From a virus (Duplodnaviria > Caudoviricetes), in the IMG/VR virus record IMGVR_UViG_3300022923_000071, positions 1 to 29,958 of that record: 29,958 nucleotides of DNA; one strand, given 5' to 3'. Below the pieces are notes generated by a model. It did not search any database. It worked only from the letters and a program-made list of their open reading frames with translations, and was not told the DNA's origin. Both the position numbers and the translations under genes were made by a program. This document shows, one piece after another, positions 1 to 9,583 of the stretch (its first letter is position 1; each line of letters starts with the position of its first letter).

Positions 1-2
1 CT

Positions 3-3000
3 ATTGTTGGTGTAAATCGTGATGCGCCTGTTGAAGAATTTATTTTAAGATACAGAGATCCTGGTTATAAAAGAGCGTATACTTTAATTTTAAATCAAAG
101 AGATGCTATTGCCCAAGATACAGTTGATTGGATTAACTTACAAATTTCTAACGCAGCTGGTTCTCCAAGCATTTATGCTGGCTTTGAATATAACGAAGAT
201 AAATGTAGAAGAGACACTAGGTTACTTATAGAATCTATTAGATATGATGCTGCTTTAAATAGTAACGCTAGAACTATCAACGCAGCATTAACATATTTTA
301 ATGGTAGGTTTGATGCTTCATTATTTGCGGCGCAAAAAGATCAACATATTGATGCTTATGGCAATGCTAAAACTTTTACAGCGGGTATTGTACAAGATTC
401 AACGTTTGAATCAAGAACAGATGCACTTTGGGATGAAATCATAGAAATTCTTGGTGCTGGTAGTAGTGCGAGCATAGCAGGAGACGAATTAGTTGATGCT
501 AGAGTATTGCCTACTGCTATCAACACCAATAGTGGTAATGCTGTAGCACAATTGTTAGCAAACAGAACATTTATACAAAAAGAATTAACAGCTTGGATTA
601 ATGCTCAAGTTGCTGGAAATATTGCTCCTTTCTCTACAGGATTTGTATATAATGTAGCAGCATGTGAAAACGATGCTAGTAAAATTGTAGATGCTATAAC
701 ATATGATCTTTCCACTGGCGGTAACTTAGAAAGTTTGATAGCAGCTCAACAGTATTTTGTTGACGGTACTGCTGTATACGGTACAGGACAAAAAGAAGAA
801 ACTGTCGCAGCTTGGGGCAGAATGAAAGAGATTGTTGAAAAGATTGTTAAAGAAGAAGCAGTTACAGTGTCTTCAGGAAACATCATTACACAAGATACAA
901 GCGGTACTGCTGCTACACAAACAGAAGCAGATTTTGCTAAAGCTAGAATAGATGAAATTATTCAACATATTCAAACCAATGCTGGAACATTAGCAGACCC
1001 GATCAACCCTGATTTGACTGCTCTTGGTGTAAGTCAAACTTTACAAGATGATTTTATAAGATTAGATGAAATAGGCGCAATTAACATTGCTCAAAGAGTA
1101 ACACAGTATATTAACGAAAGTATTGACGCAGCAAAATGGTATAATTTTGATTATGATCAAGCAAAATGTTTAAGAGATTCTAAATTAATTGTTGAAGCTG
1201 TTGCTAAAGATACATGGGATACAGGTAACAGATATTCTCGTAGTGCTGGATTAAGTTACTTTGCTGCTAACTTAGCAGACTCTTCACGTAGTAGTATTAG
1301 CGGACAAGAACTACAAACAATTGCTGCTATACAACAATCTGCTATCTATACAAACGCAGTTATTACAGGCAAAACTGGCATAACAACGGATATTGAAGAT
1401 TTTGTTCAAAGTAGATTTAACATTGTAAGTGAAGCAATTAGATCACCAGAAGAAATTCCAGCACCACAAGAAGTAAGTAGTGAAGGAGATGTAACAAACG
1501 ACTTTATTCCAACTCCAACTGAAACAACTTTTAGTTCAACAGCTGATGTTGATAAAGGTACAAGTATTTTTACAATTACAGGGCATGGATTTACAAATGG
1601 TGAAAAACTTATCTATGATGCTAATGGAAATATTCCAATTGGTGGATTAGATGACGAACAGACTTATTATGCTAACGTATTAGATCCTGATACATTTAGT
1701 TTAACATTTGATGATAGTTTGGAATTTCCAGTACAACTATTTGAAAACATAACTAACTCTGGCAATCATATTTTTAGAACAAATATTATTGAATTCTTTG
1801 TTGAAGAAATTTTAAGTTCACATACTACGTATCAAACATTGATACTAGAGTCTGGTGCTGAAAGTTATGAATTTGTTCCAGGAAGAGCTATTACAGGTAC
1901 AACAGGAGCAAACAATAATAGTGCCTTTGTTTCTAGTTGGGAACCAGCAGAACGTAGACTAGTAGTAAGTATCGAAGAAGTTGCTGTTGGATCAAGTGTT
2001 CTTAGAATACAATTTGATGCTACAAGCATTATTAGTGCTGATCACGCAGGTAGTCCTAATACAAATATTAGTATAAATGAAGTATCAACAAAACTTGGGT
2101 TAGGTACAGCAACGTTTAGTATTACAGCAACAGACGGAAGTAGCAGTATCACAAACACAGGAAACTTACCCGAGAGGCAAATTTGGTTCCACAGACCAAG
2201 TATTGTTAACTCGTCCGCACACACTTGGGAATACGCAGGTTCAGGAACAGACTATAACGCACTACCACAAAACGGTGGTAACACAAGATCTGAGTTTGAA
2301 CAATATGAAGAATTACCAGGTCGTGTTTATTCATCAGGTACAAACGAACTTGGTGACTTTAAAGTTGGTGACTTTATTACAGCGTTTAACAGAACTGGTA
2401 ACATTACATTTAGAAACAAAGTTCAGGTGGACGAACTTGATGCGTTGAAATTAAGTTTGAGTGATGTTGCTATTGAAGAAATTTCAACTGATGTTAACTT
2501 AGGTGATGACGAAATTGGCGGTCCAAGTGATGCACGATTGGTTACGCAGTTAGCTATTAGATCGTTTATTGGTAACAGGCTAGGTGGTTTTGTTGACAAA
2601 ACTGTGTCTACTGCGGCTGTTCCAGGCGCTATTGTTCAGTTGAACACAAACGGTCAGTTGAATGGCGAACTTATTCCTGCTACTAGACAGTTTACAAACA
2701 CAAACACAGAAGGTTATCTATCAAGGCTTTTACAAGTAGATGATATTCCAGCTGTTGATTTGTCAGCTGGAGACATTGCTACTGAAAACTATGAACAAGT
2801 TGAACTTACACTTAGTGGTAATATTACCGCAACAGACGGAGATACAATTACACAACCAGGTGTTACTGGTGCTACAGGTTATGCTAAAGGTAATTTTTCG
2901 GTTAGTGGCAACATTCTTGTAGCAACTGTCGACGGTGCTTGGGACGAAACTGACGATAGTGTTGGTGATCCATGGGATGTAACAAACAATCTAAACTTGT

Positions 3001-6000
3001 TTGTAAACGGCGTAGACTCAGGTGTACACCCAACATCTAAAGGAGCATCAAGTGCTATTATTGATAACTTCTTCCTAAAAAGTTCTAATACTAGTCAGTA
3101 TTTGTTACTTGATCCAACTGAAGATTATAACTTTACCATTGTAGATTTATCAAGTGTTGCTAGAGCAAGTAACATACAAACTATTGTAACAAATGGATCA
3201 CATGGCCTTAATGTAGGTAACCAAGTAGAAGTTGTATGTACAGAAGACAACACCTTTAATGTGTTTGGAGAAGTGATAAGTATCCCATCTGGTACATCGT
3301 TTACAATTGAGAACATAGGTATAGATGTTAGCACAACATCAAGAACAGGTAGTGTAAGAAGTGTTGTAACAAGTGCTGATGGTGGTGCGCAAGGTTCTGT
3401 AACAGAACTACGTCTTGGTGTACTTGTTAACGTTGATAATGCTAATATAACAGGCGGCAGTGGTTATTTGCCAGCACAAGGTAATCAAATTTATGAAAAT
3501 GTTGCTCTTACAAATGTAAGTGGGACCGGTTCTGGTGCTAGAGCAGATATTACAGTTACAGCAGGAGCAGTAAGTGATGTTGACTTACGTAGAGGCGGAA
3601 CTGGTTATGAAGTAGCTGATATTGTTAGTTGTAATGCATCTGACATAGGTGGCGCCGGCAGTAATTTCCAAATTGAAGTATCGGCAATTGAAAAACGTGC
3701 TTATGTTAATATTTTAGGCGGAGAATTATTTGTTGCTTCGACATCAAGTATTGACTTTGTTGAAGATGTTGACGCTGTTGTAAATGCGTTTGATATTGGT
3801 TTAGATAACGTTCTTAGTTTAAACTTTTTAGCTGGTACCATAGCAGGTGGCGGTAGTGTAAACTATACAGATGATAGAATTACTATTACTAATCATGGAT
3901 TGGAAAATGGTGATCCAGTTACATATGACACAATTGGTAACGTTGCTATTGGTGGTATGTTAAATGGTAGAGTATATTACGCTAAAAAGATTGATGACAA
4001 TACCATTGAAATTTACGACGATTATAGCTTGATTAATCAAATTGAATTTTTAACAACACCGTTAAACAACAACCATAATTTAAGTAGATTCACTGTTAAC
4101 CTAACAGACGATAGTCTCCTTGTTCAAAATAATGGTTTAACTACTGGTGATGCTATTAGAATTAATACTTTAACAGATGGATCAACTTCTAATGCATTGC
4201 CTAATATTGACGGTAAAGAAATTACAGATGGCGCAAGATTCTTTGTAGGTTCAGTAACAACAAACTCATTTACATTACACGCTTTACGTTCAGATGCGTT
4301 AAGCAGTATTAATGGACTTGTTACAAACAGAAAAGATATTGGTACAGCAGGTGTTGGTAGTGCGAGAATTACACCGAGCAATGTTAGAGTTACTGAAATT
4401 GTTAACACTTCTAGCAGAATTAAATCAAACTGGAATACACTTGCTGCTACAAACATTGATGCTGAAAATATTATTTCAGGTACAATTTCACCAAGTAGAC
4501 TTGGAGGCAGCGGAGTACCAAATAGTGATACAGTATTATTTGGTGATAGTAGATATGATACTGTTGTTCAAAGTCTCAAAAAAGCATCTACAACAGATAA
4601 CCCAATTACACTAACAGGATCAAGTTCAAATGCTGAATTCTACGGTGATCCAGTAAACATTGGTATAGCTAACGCTGACTACGATCCACTTGGAACATTC
4701 TCAACACTTGGAACAAGTAGATTCCTACAAACACAATTTGATGTAAATTCAAACGGTAGTGGTGAGGTGTTTATTAAGGATGGAATAGTAGATGCTGGAA
4801 CATTAGATGGTTTAGATAGTGCTTACTTTTTAAACCCAGCAAACTTAACTAGTCCTGTGCCTGTTGTACGTGGCGGTACAAATATAACCACGTATGCTGT
4901 TGGTGATATCATCTACGCTCAATCAGCAGCAAGTTTAAACACATTAAATATTGGTCGAGTAAATACATTCTTAAAGTCAAATGGAACAGTACCTGAATGG
5001 GGTACAGCACTCGATCTAGCTGAAGGTCTAGATGTTGGATCTGCTAGATTAAGTTCAAGTAGTACAGCAACAGGTCAAATCTATAATGACAATGTGACTA
5101 CAATTGAAATTGGCGGCGATGCTGAAAATGTTAAAATTGGTAAAAATAGTGAAAGTAGAAATATTAGCACTTTTGTAGAAACATATGAGGCAACTAACAC
5201 TCAAGATGTTGTTGTAAATTTAGCAGATATTCAAGTAAGTACAAGTGATGCTAGTGCTAACGGTGAAAAGGTTTTAATTTTTAGCGACACTACTTCAATT
5301 GCATTTGGTATGACAGTTACTGGTAGCGGTAGTATTCCTGCTAACACAACGGTTACTGGTATTACCGAAAACGAAGTATTTTTAAGTGATGATTTAACAG
5401 GTAGTGTTTTAACAGGCACAACTATCTCATTTAATTATACTCCTCTAACTTTAGGCGTGAGGGTTGGTGATACAGTAATTATTGATCAAAGTACAATTAC
5501 TAACTTAGACGGACAATGGCCAGTTATTGGTGCTACTACTAACGCAACATCATTTACTATTAGAACAAATCAAAACGTAAATGCTGATCCGGCTGTTACA
5601 CAAGTTGGTACAATATCAAAAGAAAATACTATTGTTCTTAAAAACCAAAACGTTGTGATTGGCGGCGGAGAATTTGGAACATCTCCTCTTCCAGCAATTA
5701 TTAAAGGCGAAGGCGGAATTGGAACAGACGTAGCAGGTGGTAATATAACAATACAACCTGGCCTAGGTACAGGTAATGCTACAGGCGGAGACTTTATTGT
5801 AAAAACTGGTGAAACAGGAACAACAGGCGAAGTTGTACAAACAGCAACTACAAGAATGACTATAGACACTGATGGAGTCACAACCTTTACTGGTTATACT
5901 AACTTTAGTGATACTTCGGCAATTAAGTTACCTGTTGGTACTACAGCACAGCGTCCTACAGATGCTCAAGGACAAATACGTTATAACACTACAGATAGCA

Positions 6001-9000
6001 CATTTGAAGGATATGACGGAAGTAACTGGAGCGGTTTAGGCGGTGTTATTGATGTTGATCAAGATACAAAAATTGTTGCTGAAACGACATCAGGGTCTGA
6101 TAATGACGATTTAGATTTCTTTACAGCAGGTGTAGCAAGACTACAAATTAATCAAGCGGGATCGTTTAGATTTGGTACTGACTTAAATAAATTTGTAATT
6201 AACGGAACAAACGGTGACACTAGTATTGCAGGTGATGTTGATATTACAGGAGACTTAACTGTAAACGGTACTACAACTACACTTAATTCAACTACATTAC
6301 AAGTTGATGATAAAAACATTGAATTAGGCACTGTAGATACACCAACTGATGTGACAGCAGACGGCGGTGGTATTACATTAAAAGGCGCAACCGATCATAC
6401 TATTACATGGTCAAATGCTAACGATAGCTGGGACTTTAGCGAGAATGTTAATGTAATAAGTGGCAAAGAATATCGTGTAAACAATACAAGTGTTCTTACT
6501 AGTACAACACTTGGTTCTACAGTAATCAATACTAGCATACAAAATACCGGCGCTCTTGATGGCGGTAGTATTACTAGCGGTTTTGGTAGTATTAATATTG
6601 GAACAAGTGCCCTTACAGCAACAGGTTCTATATCATTAGGCGCTACATCTTTTAACGATAATAACATTACAAATGTAGGAAGTTTAGCACTAGATACTAT
6701 TAGCGGCGACAATGGTTCAAGTATGAACTTCGCAAGTTCAACTGTTGTAAACGTAGATAATGTAACACAAGCAACAAGCACTACAAGCGGTGCCATGATA
6801 GTCGACGGTGGTGTAGGTATTGCTAAGAACTTACATGTTGGCGGAACACTAACTGGTAATGGCAGTGGCTTAACAACACTGAATGCAACTAACTTGTCAA
6901 GTGGTACAGTAAATGATGCTAGATTACCAACAAGCCAAGCAGGAAAAACATTTACAAGTGATATTACTGTACATGGTTTCAATGCTGGACGTGGTGGAAA
7001 TAGTGGCGCTACAAACTTAATGTTTGGACATGGCGAAAACTTAACTGCTGCTGCTGAACATAATACAGGTATCGGTGGAACATCAATGACAGGTGCCTTA
7101 TCCGGTGATGGTAATACTGCAGTTGGGTTTGCGTCATTGAGTGCTGCTACTAGTGTAAACAACAATACAGCAATTGGTTCAGACAGTCAAGAACAACGTA
7201 CTAGTGTTGGAGACGGTAATACTAGTGTTGGTAAGAGTACAATGGCAAACAGTACTGCTGGTAGCAATAACACAGCATTAGGGTTACAGGCCTTAGAAAT
7301 TGTTACAGGTAATAACAACATTGTACTTGGTGCCCTAAGTGCTACAACATTAACCACAGGTAATAATAACATATTCCTTGGTTATGACATTGAACCAGCT
7401 TCTAACAGCACTAGTAACTTTATGCAAATTGGTAATGCTACAAACAATTCTTTGAGTATACCTGGAGTAAATGTAACTGTTTCAACAACAGCATTTACAT
7501 TTAGTGGCACAAATGGATATAGTGGCGTAGGTACAAACTTAACAGCACTAAATGCTGATAATTTGTCCTCTGGTACAGTGCCAGATGGTAGAATCAGTTC
7601 TAGCAGTGTTGTACAACACCAATTAGATATTACTGGAGTAGGCACATTAGATGCTGGTGCTATTAGTAGCGGCTTTGGCAATATTAATATCGGAAATAAC
7701 TCATTAACTGCTACAGGTGCTATATCATTAGGTGCTACAAGTTTCAATGATAATAACATTACTAATGTAGGTAGCATAGCAGTTGATACTATTGTAGCAG
7801 ATAATGCTACTTCAATGAACTTTAATTCAAATACTATTGTCAATATCGATAACACAACACAGTCAACTAGTAACACTACTGGTGCACTAATTGTTGATGG
7901 CGGCATTGGTGTTGCTAAAGATGTATATTCAAATGGTACTTTCTACGGTGGCGGTAGTGGATTAACAGCACTTAACGCAAGTAACTTAGGCAGTGGAACT
8001 GTTCCTAATGCTAGACTTAGCGGAACTTACAGTAACGTAACTGGTACTGGAGCACTAAATGCTGGTAGTATAACAAGCGGATTTGGTGATGTTAATATTG
8101 GTACAAATACATTTACTGGTAACGGTAGTGGACTTACAAGCGTAGATGCTACAACCTTAGATGGTATTGATAGCTCAGCATTCTTACGCAGTAATGCTGA
8201 TGATACGTATACTGGACTTCTTACCGGTAATAGGAATTCAAATGAACAACTTAGGTTAGCAACACAAAGTTCAACTGGATCACCTTACATAAGTTTCTAT
8301 CAAGCAGGAACACGCAGAGGTTATATTCAGTATGTAAATGGTGGAGCAATGCGTATCTACAATGACAGAACTGATGAATATCTTGATGTCAACAGTGGGG
8401 TAAATGGTCTACTTTATAATGTTGGTGGCACCAACTACAAAGTATGGCACGAAGGTAATGATGGCCCTGGCAGCGGACTTAATGCTGATACACTTGATGG
8501 TGTATCTTCAGGTAGTTTCTTACGCAGCGATACTAATGATAGTTTTTCAGGTACACTTAGTGGAGGTGGTTCTATTAGTATTACAGGTAATGTTACTGCT
8601 AATAGTTTTACAGGTGACGGTAGTAACCTAACTGGTGTTAGTGCTAGTGATGCTGATACACTTGATGGTATTGATAGTTCAGGTTTCTTGCGTAGCACTA
8701 CAACAGCAAGCCAAAACATTTATATTAGGAATACTTCACCAACACTATATTTCCGTGATACTAATCACAATGTTGCTATGTTACATAACAACAGTGACTT
8801 GTTTTATATCTTACGTGGCGGAGACGATTCAACATCTTGGGCACAAGTAAACAGTCAATGGCCAGCTATTTGGAACTTGACAAATAACGATGTTACATTT
8901 GGTCGCAATATGAATGCTGTAGGCGAAGTTACAGCCTATTCATCAGATAAAAGATTGAAAGAAAATATTGTACCAATTGAAAATGCTTTAACTAAAATAA

Positions 9001-9332
9001 AGTCGTTAACTGGTGTAAACTTTGATTGGAAAGCTGAAGTCAATGATTTAGGTTTCTATCCTGATAACCAAATTAATGATGCTGGTGTTATTGCTCAAGA
9101 AGTAGAAAAAGTTTTACCACAAGCGATTGCTAAGGCTCCTTTTGATCAATATTGGGATAGCGAAGAAAAAGAATATAAGAGTAAATCAGGTGAAGATTAT
9201 ATTACTGTTAAGTATGAAAAACTTGCTCCATTGTTTATTGAAGCAATCAAAGAGCAAGATGCTAAACTAGAAGCACAAGCAGCAGAGATTGCTGAGCTGA
9301 AAGAAATGGTAAAAAAATTACTCGATAAATAA
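3..9332 (+). CDS. Giant tail fibre / virion structural protein, 5'-partial (at least 3109 aa), with C-terminal peptidase S74 intramolecular chaperone
   Basis: The frame is open from position 3 (IVGVNRDAPVEEF...), so the TTG at 507 is not the true start. It is G/S/T/N-rich with typical fibre modules (KLPVGTTAQRP..GQIRYNT..FEGYDG, TTLNSTTLQVDDKNIELG, repeated DAxTLDGxDSxxFLRS). It ends with YSSDKRLKENI...GVIAQEVEKVLP...VKYEKLAPLFIEAIKE plus a coiled coil, the S74 autocleavage chaperone signature (from about 8940). Confidence 0.9.
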   Translation: MVGVNRDAPVEEFILRYRDPGYKRAYTLILNQRDAIAQDTVDWINLQISNAAGSPSIYAGFEYNEDKCRRDTRLLIESIRYDAALNSNARTINAALTYFNGRFDASLFAAQKDQHIDAYGNAKTFTAGIVQDSTFESRTDALWDEIIEILGAGSSASIAGDELVDARVLPTAINTNSGNAVAQLLANRTFIQKELTAWINAQVAGNIAPFSTGFVYNVAACENDASKIVDAITYDLSTGGNLESLIAAQQYFVDGTAVYGTGQKEETVAAWGRMKEIVEKIVKEEAVTVSSGNIITQDTSGTAATQTEADFAKARIDEIIQHIQTNAGTLADPINPDLTALGVSQTLQDDFIRLDEIGAINIAQRVTQYINESIDAAKWYNFDYDQAKCLRDSKLIVEAVAKDTWDTGNRYSRSAGLSYFAANLADSSRSSISGQELQTIAAIQQSAIYTNAVITGKTGITTDIEDFVQSRFNIVSEAIRSPEEIPAPQEVSSEGDVTNDFIPTPTETTFSSTADVDKGTSIFTITGHGFTNGEKLIYDANGNIPIGGLDDEQTYYANVLDPDTFSLTFDDSLEFPVQLFENITNSGNHIFRTNIIEFFVEEILSSHTTYQTLILESGAESYEFVPGRAITGTTGANNNSAFVSSWEPAERRLVVSIEEVAVGSSVLRIQFDATSIISADHAGSPNTNISINEVSTKLGLGTATFSITATDGSSSITNTGNLPERQIWFHRPSIVNSSAHTWEYAGSGTDYNALPQNGGNTRSEFEQYEELPGRVYSSGTNELGDFKVGDFITAFNRTGNITFRNKVQVDELDALKLSLSDVAIEEISTDVNLGDDEIGGPSDARLVTQLAIRSFIGNRLGGFVDKTVSTAAVPGAIVQLNTNGQLNGELIPATRQFTNTNTEGYLSRLLQVDDIPAVDLSAGDIATENYEQVELTLSGNITATDGDTITQPGVTGATGYAKGNFSVSGNILVATVDGAWDETDDSVGDPWDVTNNLNLFVNGVDSGVHPTSKGASSAIIDNFFLKSSNTSQYLLLDPTEDYNFTIVDLSSVARASNIQTIVTNGSHGLNVGNQVEVVCTEDNTFNVFGEVISIPSGTSFTIENIGIDVSTTSRTGSVRSVVTSADGGAQGSVTELRLGVLVNVDNANITGGSGYLPAQGNQIYENVALTNVSGTGSGARADITVTAGAVSDVDLRRGGTGYEVADIVSCNASDIGGAGSNFQIEVSAIEKRAYVNILGGELFVASTSSIDFVEDVDAVVNAFDIGLDNVLSLNFLAGTIAGGGSVNYTDDRITITNHGLENGDPVTYDTIGNVAIGGMLNGRVYYAKKIDDNTIEIYDDYSLINQIEFLTTPLNNNHNLSRFTVNLTDDSLLVQNNGLTTGDAIRINTLTDGSTSNALPNIDGKEITDGARFFVGSVTTNSFTLHALRSDALSSINGLVTNRKDIGTAGVGSARITPSNVRVTEIVNTSSRIKSNWNTLAATNIDAENIISGTISPSRLGGSGVPNSDTVLFGDSRYDTVVQSLKKASTTDNPITLTGSSSNAEFYGDPVNIGIANADYDPLGTFSTLGTSRFLQTQFDVNSNGSGEVFIKDGIVDAGTLDGLDSAYFLNPANLTSPVPVVRGGTNITTYAVGDIIYAQSAASLNTLNIGRVNTFLKSNGTVPEWGTALDLAEGLDVGSARLSSSSTATGQIYNDNVTTIEIGGDAENVKIGKNSESRNISTFVETYEATNTQDVVVNLADIQVSTSDASANGEKVLIFSDTTSIAFGMTVTGSGSIPANTTVTGITENEVFLSDDLTGSVLTGTTISFNYTPLTLGVRVGDTVIIDQSTITNLDGQWPVIGATTNATSFTIRTNQNVNADPAVTQVGTISKENTIVLKNQNVVIGGGEFGTSPLPAIIKGEGGIGTDVAGGNITIQPGLGTGNATGGDFIVKTGETGTTGEVVQTATTRMTIDTDGVTTFTGYTNFSDTSAIKLPVGTTAQRPTDAQGQIRYNTTDSTFEGYDGSNWSGLGGVIDVDQDTKIVAETTSGSDNDDLDFFTAGVARLQINQAGSFRFGTDLNKFVINGTNGDTSIAGDVDITGDLTVNGTTTTLNSTTLQVDDKNIELGTVDTPTDVTADGGGITLKGATDHTITWSNANDSWDFSENVNVISGKEYRVNNTSVLTSTTLGSTVINTSIQNTGALDGGSITSGFGSINIGTSALTATGSISLGATSFNDNNITNVGSLALDTISGDNGSSMNFASSTVVNVDNVTQATSTTSGAMIVDGGVGIAKNLHVGGTLTGNGSGLTTLNATNLSSGTVNDARLPTSQAGKTFTSDITVHGFNAGRGGNSGATNLMFGHGENLTAAAEHNTGIGGTSMTGALSGDGNTAVGFASLSAATSVNNNTAIGSDSQEQRTSVGDGNTSVGKSTMANSTAGSNNTALGLQALEIVTGNNNIVLGALSATTLTTGNNNIFLGYDIEPASNSTSNFMQIGNATNNSLSIPGVNVTVSTTAFTFSGTNGYSGVGTNLTALNADNLSSGTVPDGRISSSSVVQHQLDITGVGTLDAGAISSGFGNINIGNNSLTATGAISLGATSFNDNNITNVGSIAVDTIVADNATSMNFNSNTIVNIDNTTQSTSNTTGALIVDGGIGVAKDVYSNGTFYGGGSGLTALNASNLGSGTVPNARLSGTYSNVTGTGALNAGSITSGFGDVNIGTNTFTGNGSGLTSVDATTLDGIDSSAFLRSNADDTYTGLLTGNRNSNEQLRLATQSSTGSPYISFYQAGTRRGYIQYVNGGAMRIYNDRTDEYLDVNSGVNGLLYNVGGTNYKVWHEGNDGPGSGLNADTLDGVSSGSFLRSDTNDSFSGTLSGGGSISITGNVTANSFTGDGSNLTGVSASDADTLDGIDSSGFLRSTTTASQNIYIRNTSPTLYFRDTNHNVAMLHNNSDLFYILRGGDDSTSWAQVNSQWPAIWNLTNNDVTFGRNMNAVGEVTAYSSDKRLKENIVPIENALTKIKSLTGVNFDWKAEVNDLGFYPDNQINDAGVIAQEVEKVLPQAIAKAPFDQYWDSEEKEYKSKSGEDYITVKYEKLAPLFIEAIKEQDAKLEAQAAEIAELKEMVKKLLDK
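180..1260 (+). repeat. Three degenerate protein repeats of about 155-170 aa with motif F-x-Y-x3-(K/A)-C-x-(R/N)-D-x3-(I/L)-(I/V)-(E/D)-(A/S)-(I/V)-x2-D
   Basis: FEYNEDKCRRDTRLLIESIRYD (Cys codon at 204), FVYNVAACENDASKIVDAITYDL (663) and FDYDQAKCLRDSKLIVEAVAKD (1167). Spacings are 153 and 168 aa. Confidence 0.8.
6549..8018 (+). repeat. Internal 126-aa duplication in the tail fibre (6549-6926 and 7641-8018) flanking a YadA-head-like NTAxG repeat block
   Basis: GALDGGSITSGFGSINIG...ISLGATSFNDNNITNVGS...NLSSGTVNDARL versus GTLDAGAISSGFGNINIG...ISLGATSFNDNNITNVGS...NLGSGTVPNARL. Both copies are 378 nt, and a third partial copy starts at about 8049. Confidence 0.9.
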
Positions 9333-9337
9333 CATAT

Positions 9338-9365
9338 GGTGTAGCTAAATTATTTTGGCTACACT
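9338..9365 (+). other. Stem-loop after the fibre gene (possible terminator or mRNA-stabilising hairpin)
   Basis: GGTGTAGCTAAA-ttat-TTTGGCTACACT forms a 12-bp stem with two G-U pairs. No U-tract follows. Confidence 0.55.
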
Positions 9366-9367
9366 AG

Positions 9368-9396
9368 TTGACATAATTTAAATAGTGTGTTACACT
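9368..9396 (+). promoter_or_regulatory. Sigma70-type promoter with extended -10, plus an embedded TAAATA late motif
   Basis: TTGACA (9368-9373), 17-nt spacer, TACACT (9391-9396) preceded by TGn. TAAATA lies at 9379-9384 and an AGGA RBS at 9405-9408 precedes ATG 9415. Confidence 0.7.
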
Positions 9397-9414
9397 TGTA
9401 CAATAGGAAAGTAA

Positions 9415-9579
9415 ATGGCGTTACCAGCAACCGGATCAGCAATTACAATGTCAGAGATTAGAAACTACTTTGGTGGTTCTGGTACTCCAATTACTATGGC
9501 TGGGCTGGGTGCTTTTTTGAGTATTTCAGCTGGAACTACAATTCAAATGAGCGATACATTTGGCGGACAAGGAACATAA
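9415..9579 (+). CDS. 54-aa small protein resembling the fibre-tip attachment (gp38 N-terminal-like) domain; below the ORF-track cutoff
   Basis: MALPATGSAITMSEIRNYFGGSGTPITMAGLGAFLSISAGTTIQMSDTFGGQGT*, with an RBS. It matches the MALPxSGxIxMSxI...FGG...IxMSDxxG pattern typical of genes following S74-bearing fibres. Confidence 0.8.
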   Translation: MALPATGSAITMSEIRNYFGGSGTPITMAGLGAFLSISAGTTIQMSDTFGGQGT

Positions 9580-9583
9580 TATA

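Noticed and set aside
507-509. TTG start for the giant fibre as given by the ORF track
   Set aside because: The frame is open back to position 3 and contains another CxRD repeat, so the real start lies upstream of the window.
2042-8850. Many antisense and alternate-frame ORFs inside the fibre gene (e.g. 6395-7165 and 7382-7906, minus strand)
   Set aside because: They are shadow ORFs caused by the codon bias of a Gly/Thr/Ser/Asn-rich gene, with no RBS or recognisable motifs.
9560-9583. TTG-initiated N-terminal extension of the 9584 ORF
   Set aside because: It overlaps the better-supported 54-aa gene, and ATG 9584 follows that gene's stop directly.
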